This document shows positions 1-12,974 of a stretch of DNA of 64,000 nucleotides, piece by piece. Made by a program: the position numbers and the translations under genes. The notes beneath the pieces are model-generated. The model was not told where the DNA came from. It was given only the letters and a program-made list of their open reading frames with translations, and did no database searches. The DNA comes from Lama glama. Taxonomy: Eukaryota. Location: NCBI GenBank assembly GCA_028534125.1, contig CM052817.1, positions 43,030,001 through 43,094,000 of the forward strand. The letters are read 5' to 3'. Position 1 is the stretch's first letter. Every line of letters starts with the position of its first letter.

Positions 1-480
1 GTTGTGGTGATGGGGAAGGAAAGAAGGAGGGTACTGATAAAATGGGGCCAAGGGTCGAGACAACTCCAAGGCTTAAGAGACTGAGTGAATAGAGATTTAG
101 GGATAAACACAGATTTTAAAGGAAAGATGATGAGTTCATTTTTAATATTTCAGGTTCCTACATCCAGTTCTATATGTGAATACAGATGCACAGATAGGAG
201 ATCTGGCTTGAAGCTACAGATGGTGAGTCATCAGCTTAAAGATAGTACCTAAAACCACAAAAATATACAGATTAAAAGTAGAATCTATTTTTTAAAAAAC
301 TGAACAATCCTGAAACACACTCTGGTTTAATTGTCAGGTAGAGAAACAGCAACTATCAAAAGCCCCTGGAATGGACAGGCCAGAAAAATAAGGGAAAAAT
401 CCACGTGAATATTGTCCCAAAAGTCTAGAAAGGAGTGTTTAATGGGGGAAGTGGTTAAAATGTTAATTTGCTGTGTAGAT
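1..480 (-). mobile_element. L2 LINE fragment
   Basis: Purine-rich degenerate L2-like text (gatgagttcatttt...ggagatctggcttgaagctacagat...gagtcatcagc). Confidence 0.5.
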
Positions 481-2039
481 TTGCAAAGATGATTATCTAA
501 AAGATGCCTTATTCATCTTTGTTTTCTGGGACAAATGTGTGGCACATAGTTGGATCTAAATCAATGTAAACTTCTATGCTTTGTCCATTCCAATACCTGC
601 AAGTCTCACTCCAACACTGTGTTAGAGTTATTTTTTAAAAATGAAAAAATAATATACAAGAATGAAGGAGGGGAGGGATGGGAAGGGTAAAAATATCTCA
701 CTCACCCCAAATGCTCCATGGAGCCATCCCATGTCACTCCATCCCAGATCACTTAAGGTCCTCCTACAAAATAAGACACAATCTGAGTGACCCCAAACCT
801 CCAGTGTCTGTGGGATACAGACTGACTCACAGCAACAGTAAAAATTCATTTCCTGGCTCTTGGGCCCACGTAAAACAATGTAAGACTTCCAACAGCTTGA
901 GAATGTCCTACCCCTCACCAAAGTGTATTAAACCCAAGATGTGTCTCACTGGTGCTTATGATGAGATTCTCTCACGAGCTCTTACTGGGCGGTTCAGTTC
1001 CCCAGCCTGTCACTTCAAGGGCACTGAGGTTTCTGCTAGATGCAGCTGTGGATCCCTCACCGTGTTATACCACTACCAGGCACACCCCTGAAGTCTTGTG
1101 TCAAGCATCAGGGCTAAAGAACCCTCAAAGTGCCAAAAGTCCATGGCTATCTGTGGGGAACCGTGCCCTCTCCCCTTTGGGTGTCATCTGTCAGAGGTGC
1201 CCCAAAGCAGTGTTCCTCCTGTTTCCACTGCCTTACAGACCTGAGTGGAAGAGTTCTTTCCATTCTTTTTACTCATAGACCTCTTTTTCTCTCTAGGACT
1301 TAGAAATGGGTTGCTGCTATATCCATTTTTTCATATTTGTCCATTTATTTCATAAGTGGCAGGGGCAGGGGGCGGTTAAGTGCTCAGTTTTAGAGTGCTT
1401 AATTTAAAAATTAAACCACATAAATGAATTAGAGAGAACTGACTTGGGTTATAAGTTATTGAAGTCAGTTCAGAAGTCATTTTGCAACAGGTTCCATGAA
1501 AATCAGAGCAGTTGCCATTCTCAGTTCTCTGTCTCTGATGATCTCTGGGCATTTTTCTACTTCTGTTTCAAATACGAGATTAAAAGCTCTCTCCCCACAT
1601 CTTCAGGCCAAATTCCCAAGAAAGAAACTGACTGGTCAAGCTAATTACCATTGCTCTTGCAAGACATTTGTGACAGGACATCTCATGGGCCACTTATCCA
1701 CCTTTGGGTCAGCGGTGGCCACAAGGTAGCCTCAAGTGGCACCAGCATGAATACATGCAGAAAGAGCCTCCCAGAAGAGGTCTATGGGCATGGCAAGCAT
1801 TCTCAGGCATGATCTTCCTCCACTAGGAAATAAGAATTCCTATACACAGCAATCTTCAGCAGAGCTAATATACTGGGCACACAGTAAGTTCTCAAATAGT
1901 TTTAGTGTCATGACTTAAAAAAAAAAGACTCATTTCCTTTACATGACATCTAAGTTCATTTAGGATATATCTCAATTCATCTTTCCAGTTCTATTTATTA
2001 ATATCTTCCCTTGAACTCTAATAATAGAGGGGTACTAAC

Positions 2040-2240
2040 AGCATAACTTGCATTTTTCTAAGAATGTTACATAATTCACTGATTTAATCACCACAACACA
2101 AAGTACTGTTATTAACCCTATTTACCAGTAAGAAAACTGAGGCAGAGAGGTTAAGTTCTTGTACAAGGACTCATACATAGTGAATTCAAAACCAGGTAGC
2201 TGGGCTTCAAAGCCCAGAAGTTAATCACTAAACCATACTG
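2040..2240 (-). mobile_element. MIR SINE
   Basis: MIR core gaaaactgaggcagagaggttaag. Confidence 0.7.
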
Positions 2241-2514
2241 TCTCTCAAATATCAACCAGTATTACTAATACAATAACAATAAGTAAATAATGGGTACCTT
2301 CAATGATTTTTATCATGCATCCAGCCAAAGGAAGGACTAAGAATTCTACACATAGAGATGCAAAACTGGTATTTTGCCCCGCTGCCATTATGAATAAACA
2401 TTTGCATCATAATTCATAGCCAGAAACAAAGCTGCAGCATTTCCTCTAAAGCACTGCATTAGCTGCACCTCAACTTTTGTTTGATATATTCCATCTTTTC
2501 AGGTCAGTAGATCT

Positions 2515-2732
2515 TCTCATTTCCATTGTGATTTCTTCATCAACCCACTAAATACTTAGTAGTGTTTTGTTTCAATTCCAGGCATTTGGGGAGTTTTTGT
2601 TTTCTTCTTTACTTCTAGTTTAAGTCTATTGTGGTCAGAGAAAACACTTTGAATAGTTTCAGTGCTTTGAATGTTGGGGCTTTCTTTGTGGCTCAGCATA
2701 TGCTCGATTTTGGTAAATATTCCATGTACATC
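2515..2732 (-). mobile_element. Old LINE-1 ORF2 fragment
   Basis: Resembles antisense L1 endonuclease-region sequence (ctattgtggtcagagaaaacactttgaatagtttcagt...ggtaaatattccatgt); recognition from memory. Confidence 0.6.
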
Positions 2733-2989
2733 AGGCTTCCTCTATTTCCAACTATTTCAAAGGACTGACCTTAGCTGAGAAAATCTCGAAGGTCCCTTCC
2801 GACACCAAGTTTTGGGAATACTGAGCATTTGGGAATACTGAGCATAATACTGAAGAGTTAACTGTAGTTCTTACTTGTCTTCCAGTTACTCTTTTCCCCT
2901 TGATTCTTCAAAATGTAATACATATTGCTTCTAATTAAAAACAGAGGAAGAAAAAGCCACTTGTATTTGCCCGTTCAGTTCTACGCTCT

Positions 2990-3780
2990 TCTCACAGACG
3001 AGGAGACGCGGGCCACCGCAGATGCGCGGCTCTCAAACGGCGGGGTAGCCTCGTCCCGTCCCAAACCCGCCAGTCCTGGAGCACATGCGCATCCTCGAGG
3101 CCCCGCCCCCGGCCCCGCCTCCCTCAGCCAGGGCGGGCCGAGGGGCGGGGCCCGCCACGGCGTGCTGACGTCAGAGAGGGCTGCGACGCCGCCGGGTCCG
3201 CCGGGGAGCTGACGGCGGTGGCCGCTCAGTGCGCAGAGCGGACCCTGGGCAGCTGCGGGATCGTAGGATCTCGCGCGGCGTCCCCGGGCTCCGGGGCGGG
3301 GGCTGCGGCGGCGAAGCCCCCTCCCCGGGGAGGCGGGGCCTAGGCGAGCTCCCCGGCCGGGGAGCTGCGGCGGCCGAGAAGGATGCATCAGAAGCTGCTG
3401 AAGAGCGCGCATTACATCGAGCTGGGCAGCTACCAGTACTGGCCCGTCCTGGTGCCTCGCGGCATCCGCCTCTACACCTACGAGCAGATTCCCGTGTCCC
3501 TCAAGGACAACCCGTACATCACCGATGGCTACCGGGCCTACCTGCCTTCCAGGCTGTGTATCAAAAGGTACAGTCTGGCCGCCTCCGCTGGGCGCGCCTT
3601 GAGGGGCGCGTCGGCGGCCCCTCCTCCTCATCTACTCCCTTTTTGTCTGGTCTGCCTGCTGCTTTCCCCGCTTTTCTCCGGGCACATCGTTTCCTAGCTG
3701 CCCCATCCTTTTCATCCTTTTCTGCCACCTCTCCTCGCTTGTTACCTTTCCTTCCCCCCGCCGGGGTACTTGATCCGTGG
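2990..3780 (+). promoter_or_regulatory. PAQR3: CpG island / TATA-less promoter of PAQR3
   Basis: Abrupt GC/CpG-rich block spanning the ATG in AT-rich surroundings. Motifs: GC boxes (CCCCGCCCC 3101-3109, GGGGCGGGG 3142-3150), full CRE TGACGTCA 3166-3173, NRF1-like GCACATGCGC 3081-3090. Confidence 0.9.
3383..3567 (+). CDS. PAQR3: PAQR3 coding exon 1 (progestin and adipoQ receptor family member 3 / RKTG)
   Basis: Translates MHQKLLKSAHYIELGSYQYWPVLVPRGIRLYTYEQIPVSLKDNPYITDGYRAYLPSRLCIK, recognised as the PAQR3 N-terminus. Donor AAAG|gtacag; 185 nt, phase 2. Confidence 0.97.
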
Positions 3781-4899
3781 AATAACAATGGTAACCACGA
3801 TCATAATCACCAACTCTCCCATGGCGGTTTGCTGTTTACAGAGGGATTTTATATCCTTTATTCCATTTGGTGCTTATTGGGATACGTGTTGGAATAGACC
3901 CCACTGACAGTGGCTGAGCTGTGCTTGCCCCTGTGTATACCTAAGCTTTGTTTATTTTTAAGGCGGCCCTATGGAAGTTCGTATATTTGGGGCCAGGTAA
4001 ATGCCTGTATAATAGGAAACAAGTTCACATGGCCATATATATAGAAACTGCTGACTGATTCATTCATTCAGCGGATACTGTGGAACCCCTGTTAGGTACC
4101 AGGAGCCCTACGAAGTCCTGCAAAGAACAGCAGGCATGGCCCTTGTTCTCATGAAGCTACCAAGATCTAGCCCGGATGACACACATTAAAGAGCTAATGA
4201 CACTATTACATAATAACCATTGTGAAAAACGCTGTGAAGGAAAAGCGGTATAGCAAAGAGAGCCTATAACAGGCACCACCCTCCACTAGAGCACTATAGA
4301 AGCATCTTTAAGAAAGGAATTTCTTCATCTAAACTCTTAAAACTGAGTCCCTTGAAAGCTGGGGATTAAAAAAACAAAACTGAAAAAATTTATAGTTCCT
4401 AGACTAGCTTTCTGTTAAAAATCACTGTATGTACTTAATTATAGGACCCCACTTTAAGAGAATTAAGATGCAGGTGTTGGTTAGCTCCAGGTGACTGTGG
4501 TGACAGATCCCACTGCTGGAATGTGGGCTATTGAATTGCTCAAGCAGCAACCACATGTCTGATTCTTGATCTTGTTTTCAGCATGATCTTTCCCCAGTAC
4601 CTTTGCTCTCCCTGCCTGGAAAGTGTTTCTCTGACTCATGGTCACAAGGTGATGTCACTGTCCATCCCTACTTGACTTCAATAAATGGCCCACAGTGCTT
4701 CACAGTTTGAATCCTAAGTACTATTTTCCTCCCCATTGCCTCCTTTGCGTAAGTTACTCATAAGAAATCAGATCTGGGCCCTGCTGTGGATGTGGAGTTA
4801 CACAAGAATAGAGCAGATAGTGAATTGCCTTAAATAGTTTCATACCCACCTGGTCGTGGTCCTCTGCATTCTAATGTTAGGGTCCAAATCTCATGATTG

Positions 4900-5150
4900 G
4901 AGGAGTGAAATATAATGCTTTAGATCTTGGGCTATTGAGTGAAAAAAGTCTTGGGTATGCAGATCTGCCTCTAACAGCTGAGGGACCTTGAACAAAAGTT
5001 AACCTCTCCCAGCCTTAATTTCTCTATTCTTAAAAATGAGGGTAATTACAGTATCTTCTTCAGAAATTACTAAGGACTAAATGAGATTATGTATGAAAAA
5101 TGCTACACAGAGCCTGGCACATAATAAGCACTCAATAAATGGTGACTTGC
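4900..5150 (+). mobile_element. MIR SINE
   Basis: gaccttgaacaaaagttaacctctcccagccttaatttc...aaaatgagggtaatt...cctggcacataataagcactcaataaat. Confidence 0.75.
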
Positions 5151-6821
5151 TATCACCCTGATCATTGAATTTGAAGTTGAACAGATGATAATGATGAAGT
5201 TGATTGTTGGTTTTGAAGGTGAACAGAGTGTAGGTCTAAATTCTCATGGAACAGGAGTAGACTCTCTACTGGAGATACTCTTCCAGGTGCTCTTCCAGTT
5301 CAGCTTTTGCCCTCTCTTCTTTAAGCTGCCAAGAGGGACGAGGACAGATTTTGAATATAAGGAAATGTTTTTTATGTCACAGCTGTTCTGCCAGTACTCT
5401 GTTAGTTGAAAGGAGCATACCAAGATTGTGTCTCTTCGCTCAATTAATCAGGTTATACTGGGTTTCACAAAATGAAAAGGTATTGGCTGTCAAACAGTCC
5501 TGTGGTTAAATGTGTTTCCTCATATTCCTGCATCTCCCTGCCCCCAAGATAAATAGTCTTTATAGTTGCTGCTTCTACAGGATAAAGTCTGAAATTCATG
5601 ATACGAGATCCACTTTATTCTTGATGATCGTTTGATAGTGTGAGACACTGCTGTGTTTATAGCATGGGAAAATGAGAACCATAGTGACGACTGCAAATTC
5701 AGTATTTTGGTTATACATTAGTGCTTACTAATGATGATTCTGAATCAGTGATGGTTAAAGACTAGTTTATACAAAAGATTAGATTTTGCAAGAGAAATGC
5801 AAGAGCATTTTAATCTTTAGTCATGATGTCACCTTTCGATAATCAGTTGTCCACAGCTGGAGAAATGCTTCACAAAATTAAGGAAGAAGCTGGAAGGGAC
5901 TTGCGGCCGAATCTAATACACCTCCCTTGTTTTAGAGATGGAGAAATTGAAGCCGGAGGGGTTAAGTGACTTGCTTATGATCCCAGAGCTAATTTGTTGT
6001 CCAGGGTGGGAGTGAAGGGACCCGGAGCCTCCTGACTTCTGGTCGTTGCGGAACACTCTGCACTGACCTGTGCTGTCAACACTTCTTAAACTCAAACCAG
6101 TTAGGGCGAATTGAAAGAGGGCAGTTAGTACTGATATGAAAAGTAAACACTTGTTGTTCCTAAAAAGTGTAAACTTACTCCACCTGAAAACCAGTTTGGT
6201 TTCAAAACAACCACAGCAAAGTTGATACAGCATGCCTGTCTTAAAGGAGATTTCTGGTGGATCAATTTGTATTTATTCTGCTTCTCTCAAGTCCATTTAA
6301 CTTTGTTATTTGCATGAAATGAGTACTAAAAAGGTGTTTTAAGTTTGTGTCTACCCTTAAAACTTAGCAAGTTTTCAGAGACCTATTACTGAAAGTCAGA
6401 GTACGCTAGCTAATGCCCAGTTTTAATCTGTACATTCGTTACTGTAGACATTTAGCATCTAATCTGAGCAAGATGCTGTGCTTGGAACAGTGGTGTCATA
6501 AAGATAAATGGTACCAGCCATCTGGAGTTAATAAGCTGGAGGATGAGATGGAATTTATACATAACTAACTCTAATCGAGGAAGGAAATGGTAAATATAAT
6601 AGAGGTGAGCAAGAAAAAACTAAGCTCTCAGGATTGATAGAGGTGTGGAAAGATTAAGTGATATATCAAACTTAAAATGGCAAAAATGGGGTTAAGGGCT
6701 TAAAGTTACAAGTGTTAGATAACCCAGAAAATTGTCCCTAATCTTTTACATGCTGACAACGAGCAAACGAGCAAGCAGATATGAATCTGAGCTGCATTTG
6801 TGTTTTGTTTTGTTTTTCCAG

Positions 6822-6984
6822 TTTGTTTATTTTATCTAATGAGACAGTAAACATCTGGAGTCATTTGCTGGGTTTCTTTCTCTTCTTCACACTGGGAATA
6901 TATGACATGACATCTGTGTTACCTTCAGCAAGTGCGTCCAGAGAAGATTTTGTAATTTGTTCTATTTGTCTGTTCTGCTTCCAG
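6822..6984 (+). CDS. PAQR3: PAQR3 coding exon 2
   Basis: Acceptor tttttccag| and donor CAG|gtaagt. Encodes (S)LFILSNETVNIWSHLLG...ICLFCFQ with the PAQR ExxNxxxH motif; 163 nt restores phase 0. Confidence 0.97.
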
Positions 6985-9347
6985 GTAAGTCATTCCACAA
7001 ACACTACTATTGGTACAGAGAACTTTAGTCAGACAAGCTGGGGCAGGTGCCCTTCACACTCACCACTTGCTTTCAAGAGCCACAAAGTAGCATATAGGTT
7101 AGCGTATTCACTTTTATAATATTCACTTTTATACAGGCACCAAAAGTATGCTTTTATGAGAGTATATTTGGATGTTATTAGAGTATATTTGTAATCCAGT
7201 AAGTTTTAAGGATTGAGAAAACACCCTTTCTTTTTTTAGACCTCTCTACTTTAAGAGTAGTACGTAAAGATAAGAATCTCTGATTGTACTGTTTGCTTAC
7301 TGAAGTAGAACACTGTTGCCTACTTAAAACCTACCTGAAGATTTCTCATCTTACTCCTGTTTATATGTCTGCGACTTTTATGTTTGTTTCCATACCATCT
7401 TAATTTTAATGTCTTTTGCTGCTATTCATCTTTTCTGTCACCTTAATGTTAATTTCCTTTTGTCCTTTTACACTTGCCTAGTTTCATGTACTTTCAGTTT
7501 CTCCTCCTCTCTGCCTCTTATATTTGTTAGCTCCTCAGCGCTTTCATTTTTCTTCAAGAATTTTTAAAAGTTCCTTTAAAAGTTATGTTTAATAATTTTT
7601 CAAACAGATAATTCTAAAGAAGGAAACAAATGTGGACCAAAATCTGGTTGATTTAAAAAATTTTTTTAAATGCAGAGAGTACCCAAAAAACCCATAAAAG
7701 TGAAAAGAAAAGCTGTCATCCCCTTCCTCCAAACAAAAGCCAGCACTCCCTGTAGCAAATCTATAGCAGATCTGAGAGAGGAAGGGCTAAGTCAGCTGCA
7801 CAGTGTTGCTTGTTGCTTTCCTTGTGTGTCAGTTTCAGACCTTCATCATTTGACTCAAAACTTTGGACTTAAATGACCAAGAAACAACATTGGAAACATC
7901 TCCCTCCCCTTTCTTCTAATTCTTGTTTCTAGAATAATATTTTAAATTTCTTTGAGAGAATGAAAACTATGTATTTTTGTGTGTGTGTTACAATTAGAAA
8001 ATTATTCTTTAAGTATTTTTTATAGTATGAAGAGTGCACATGGTACTTTAAAAGAGTCTCAGGCTTAATTTTCTTCCTGATTGGAGCCTCAACATCTCTT
8101 AGAATCTATCTGCATTTTTAAAATGAAAATGAATCAATTTCTTCATAGTTAAATTTTTAGATGTATTTTATAGACTGCTCTTAACAGTCATTAATAGAAA
8201 AACAGGTTTGTACTCTACTGTTAGTTACATGGATATCATCTCCTTTGAGGATCTCACATGCTTTCCTCTGCGCCTAGGCCTGCCCTTCACCAATTCACCA
8301 CCTAGCCACAGCTGGTGTTAGTTCAGGGAGCACATTAGTTTTCATAGTGGTTTAAGAAAGCTGAGAAGATGAAGTGATTAAAACAGACGCCACTGAAGAA
8401 ACACCCTAAGTGTTAGAGTGACATGCTGAGGATTGATCAGCAAGACAGTAAAATCTTGTTCTAACTGCTAGTATGCAACCTGCTAAAGACAAATGACCAC
8501 ATTTTCTCTACTGAAAAATACAATTTATGTTGTTTTTATTTTTATATTATATTTATCTCTTGTTCACCCAACTTTCCCAAATTCGTAGAGTCAACAGGCA
8601 GCATGGTAAACCACAAATAGATGTATTTATTTTGATTTACATTTAATTTTTTAAAAGCATAGGATATTTTCTCTTTTCACTTCTATTCTTTTTATATGCT
8701 TGGTACTTTTCTACCAACCAGATTAACAGAGTACTTTCTGAATAGTGAGTTGTAATTTCAGGGGCTTTGAACTTTCCCAGAGGTCTTTTCTATCTTAGAG
8801 AAGAATAGAATCTGAGAATGCCTTTCCTTGGATTGAGTTTATAAACATTCATTTCAACAAATTTTTTTAATACTTTCTATTTATATCCAGGCACTAAGCT
8901 AGGCATCGAGGATATGCTGCTGAACAAAACCAGCCTGTCATAAAGATCAGGTCACCCAGATAGGCCAGCAGAAAGAAGAATGAGGCAGGGCATTTAAACA
9001 GAAAAAAGGGTTTGTTTTAAGGCCCAGAAACAAGGGACAGCTTAGCACTTTCTGGCCTTTAGGTGTTTGTAGTGTGATGCTAGGAAAATGGAGCAAGAGG
9101 AGGCTGGAGACATAGGCAGAAGCCAGATCTTGAGGTATTTGGTTACGATGGCAAGGAGCTTGGATATAAGATGTCATACTATAATCATCTGTCTACCTTG
9201 ATGTAGTAAGGTATTTCACAGAAACAAACTCTCCAGAAAACAGTAACATACTCAATATGCCAGATAATTTTTCAGTCAGTTTTTTAAGCAGCTCTAACAA
9301 CATATCCCTTTTAAAACAGAACATACTAAGTATAGGTTAACTTTTTT

Positions 9348-9662
9348 TTCCAGTTGAATGAAAGATCCTTTAAATTCTATAGTGCTTTACAATTTTCAGA
9401 AGTTTCACTCACATGATTTCATATAATCCCATAATAAACCTATTTCTTCTACCCCTGTGTTACCCCTCCCCCATTCCCCTTCCCACTGATTACTATTTTT
9501 ATTTACTAGTTTGTTGTATTTTTTAGATTCCACATATAAGTGATGTCATACAGGATTTCTCTTTCTCTGACTTATTTCACTTAGCATAATGCCCTCCAAG
9601 TTCATCCATGTTATTGCATATAGCAAAATTTCATTCTTTTTTACAGCTGAATAGTACTCCAT

Positions 9663-9704
<42 letters not shown>

Positions 9705-10814
9705 CACACCATATCTTTATCTACTCATCTGTTGATGGACACTTAGGTTGTCTTCCATACCTTGGCAATTGTACATAATGCTGCTATGAACATTGGAGTG
9801 CATGTATCTCTTTGAATTTATACTTTTACTCTTTTGGGGCATATACCCAGGAATGGAATTGCTGGGTTACATAGTAGTTCTATTTTTAATTTTTTGAGGA
9901 ACCTCCATACTGTTTTCTATAGTAACTGCACCAGTTTACATTCCCACCAACACTGTATGAAGGTTCTCTTTTCTCCACATCCTCGCCAATACTTGTTATT
10001 TGTGTTCTTTTTTGATGATAGTCAATCTGACAGGTGTGAGGTGACAGCTCAGTGTGATTTTGATTTTCGTTTCCCTGATGAATGGCAATGTTGAGCATCT
10101 TTTCACGTGGCCATCTGCATTTCCTCTTTGGAAAAGTGTCTGTTCAGTTCTGCTCATTTTTTAATTGATTTGCTCATTTTTTTGATGTTGAGTTATGTGA
10201 GCTGTTTATATATGTTAGATATCAACCCCATATCGGTCATATCATTTGCAAATATCTTCTCCCATTCAGTAGGTCGTCTTTTCATATTTTTTTATTGTTT
10301 TCTTTTGCTGTGCAAAAACTTTTAAGTTTAATTAGGTCACATTTGTTTACTTTTACTTTTGTTTCCTTTGTTTAAGGAGATGGATCCAAAATAATATTGC
10401 TGTGATTTATGTCAAAGAGTGTTCTCACTGTGTTTTCCTCTAGGACTTTTATAGTATCCAGTCTTGCAATTAGGTCTTTAATCCATTTTGAGTTTATTTT
10501 TGTATGTGGTGTTAGAGAATGTTCTAATTTCATTCTTTTGCATGTAACTGCCCAGTTTTCCCAGCACCACTTATTGAAGAGACTGTCTTTTATCCATTGT
10601 ATATTCTTGCCTCCTTTGTCATAGAGTAATTGACCATACGTGCATGAGTTTATTTCTAGACTTTCTGTTCTGTTCTGTTGATCTATGTGTCTGTTTTCTG
10701 CCTGTACCATACTATTTTGATTACCATAGCTTTGTAATACAGTCTGAGGTTAAGGAGCATGATTCCTGTTCTTTCTGAAGATTGTTTTGGCTATTTGGAG
10801 TCTTTTGTGTTTCC
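9348..10814 (-). mobile_element. 5'-truncated LINE-1 (ORF2 C-terminus + 3' UTR), with 16-bp TSD
   Basis: Minus-strand translation ...[40 protein letters not shown]... and [20 protein letters not shown] is L1 ORF2. TSD ATAGGTTAACTTTTTT at 9332-9347 and 10815-10830. Confidence 0.92.
9667..9700. repeat. (TG)17 microsatellite inside the L1
   Basis: Read directly from sequence. Confidence 0.95.
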
Positions 10815-12818
10815 ATAGGTTAACTTTTTTAAAGCTCAAATGTTGTTTATGAACACTAAATATTTTACTTTTGATAGCTTAGTGTTTCACTTTCCACTTT
10901 TATTTTCCTTTTCACAATGAAATTAGTTTTATTGTTGTTTCTTACTATTACTATAAGATATACTTATATAGAAATTCAAGCAAAAAAAGTATTTGGAAGA
11001 AAGTGAAAGACATTTGAAATTACCCTTCCACATTTGACATTTGGATTAGAATCCCTCCAGACATTTGTGTATGCACAGCTGGCTCACATTTGCCTGCCTA
11101 CATTCCTATGTACCTCTTTATCTGCTGTGGTCATCTCTGCTTGCTGTTTTGTGTCACCCAACATTGTAACAATGAGGTCTTTCCCTGTAATGAGAACATA
11201 CACCTTGATGTTCTCTGGATTTACTGTGTTTAATCTCAGAGATGATCATAGAAAACAAATAACCAAGCTTCTTAGAGTTATGTTTAATTGGGTCTGTAAA
11301 TTCTGGTTTGTAGCTTAATAACCAAAGCCACAGACCAATAAGGATTGTAGATAGTGGATGAAGAAATGAGATTGTGGCTAGGAAGCTTGTTTTGAATATT
11401 GATATTGAGGCCGTGGGGACTGATTGGGTTTCTTCTAGGCCAAGCTGTAGAATAGCTGGGTGACCATTTACCTGTCCCATTTTCCCCATTCCCCACTGTC
11501 CCTGGTGTAGTGTAGGCTCTAGGCATTGCTTCCCAGGGCTGCCCCTGTACCCTCTCGCCGTAGCTTTTTGAAAGGTGCACTTAAACTCTTCAGTAGTAGC
11601 ACACATAGCCTGTAACAGTGAAGCTAAAACTCCTTGTTTGAGGACTTGTCATAATCATATCATGAAGAAGTCCACATGACATTCCTTAGTGGTTCTGTTT
11701 CTCAATATGCTGCTTTTCCTGGGGGCCCTCCAGCAAACCCGTGCACACCTTTATTTATATCTTTGATGGATGCCAGGTCAACCTCAATCCAGCTCAGGTG
11801 GCACCCCTTCTGTGCAGTGTGAAGCTCTTTTCCTCCCACCACTCCCACCCCTCTAAGTACACATGTGCACCCACACACCCAATCCCCTCCCTCCTCCATT
11901 TTCTAACTGTGCTCTGCAGTGACTTTTCCTATGGCGCTTCCGACATCACCATTTGTTCACTTGTTTCAGAAAAATCTCTTTGAGAGTAGAGGTTTCATCT
12001 TTGTGTCCCCAGTACATGACACACAGCAGGTATTTAATGACTAGAGGGAGTTCAGCCATAGAAACCTTATCAATCTTCAGGGCAGCTGATTGAATCAGAT
12101 TAGCTTTGCTCTCAGTTTGGCAACATCTAAAATCAGCATAAGTCATAATTATTTTTTCTCCAATACAACAAAGCCATGTTTAACTTTAACTTAAAAATGA
12201 ACCCTATACAATGAGTCTCATACAGATGTTAAGTCTTAAATTAAGTGAAAAATGTAAATAGCAGAACAAAATGTATGATTCCATTTGATTAACTTTAAAA
12301 AGTATGTATCATATTTTCATGTATGTGTGTAGACTTCTGTATCATAGATGTTTGATATGTTCATTGAAAATATCTGAAAGGACACATAAAAAATGTTTTC
12401 AGTGGGGAATAGATTGACTAGGAGGGACTTTTTTTTTACATCATACATTTCCATGTTTTTTGATTTTTTAAAGACATGTATTACTTCTATAGTAAGTAGT
12501 TTTAAAAAGGAAACATTCATGAATCAAAATAATTCTCAGTAGATTTCCTACTACTATGCTATTCATCGAAGTTTTTTGTATTCTAAAATAGCTATCATTT
12601 TAGACTTTTTTCTTTATGATTTTTATCCCGATTTTACTGATGAGGAAACTGAGGCTTAGGGAAACGGCATAACTTGCCTGACACAAAGTTAGGATCCAAG
12701 GCCAGGTCTTTTTGGCTGAAAAGCCTGGGCTTGACCTAACCACTTCCCTGAACATCATGCATGAGTTACTTTAATTTCTTTTGTTTCACTTTTGTAAGAT
12801 TTGTTTTATCTTCCATAG

Positions 12819-12974
12819 GTCTGTATGCTTTGCTCTGTGGGCTATCATCTTTTTTCCTGCCATCGATCAGAAAAAACCTGTCGAAGATGGATGGCATTAG
12901 ATTATGCGGGAATTTCTATTGGAATACTGGGCTGTTATGTCTCTGGAGTATTTTATGCATTTTATTGTAATAAT
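12819..12974 (+). CDS. PAQR3: PAQR3 coding exon 3
   Basis: Acceptor ttccatag| and donor AAT|gtaagt. Encodes VCMLCSVGYHLFSCHRSEKTCRRWMALDYAGISIG...FYCNN (SxxxH and DxxGI motifs); 156 nt. Confidence 0.97.

Noticed and set aside
678..1278. 137-aa and 108-aa ORFs upstream of PAQR3
   Set aside because: No recognisable homology or supporting splice structure; probably chance or repeat-derived.
2981..3897. 216-aa (-) and 222-aa (+) ORFs over PAQR3 exon 1
   Set aside because: Low-complexity R/G/P/A ORFs expected from stop-codon scarcity in a CpG island; the true frame is PAQR3.
11154..11606. 150-aa minus-strand ORF in PAQR3 intron 2, considered as a retrocopy
   Set aside because: No recognisable parent protein, poly(A) tail or TSD.
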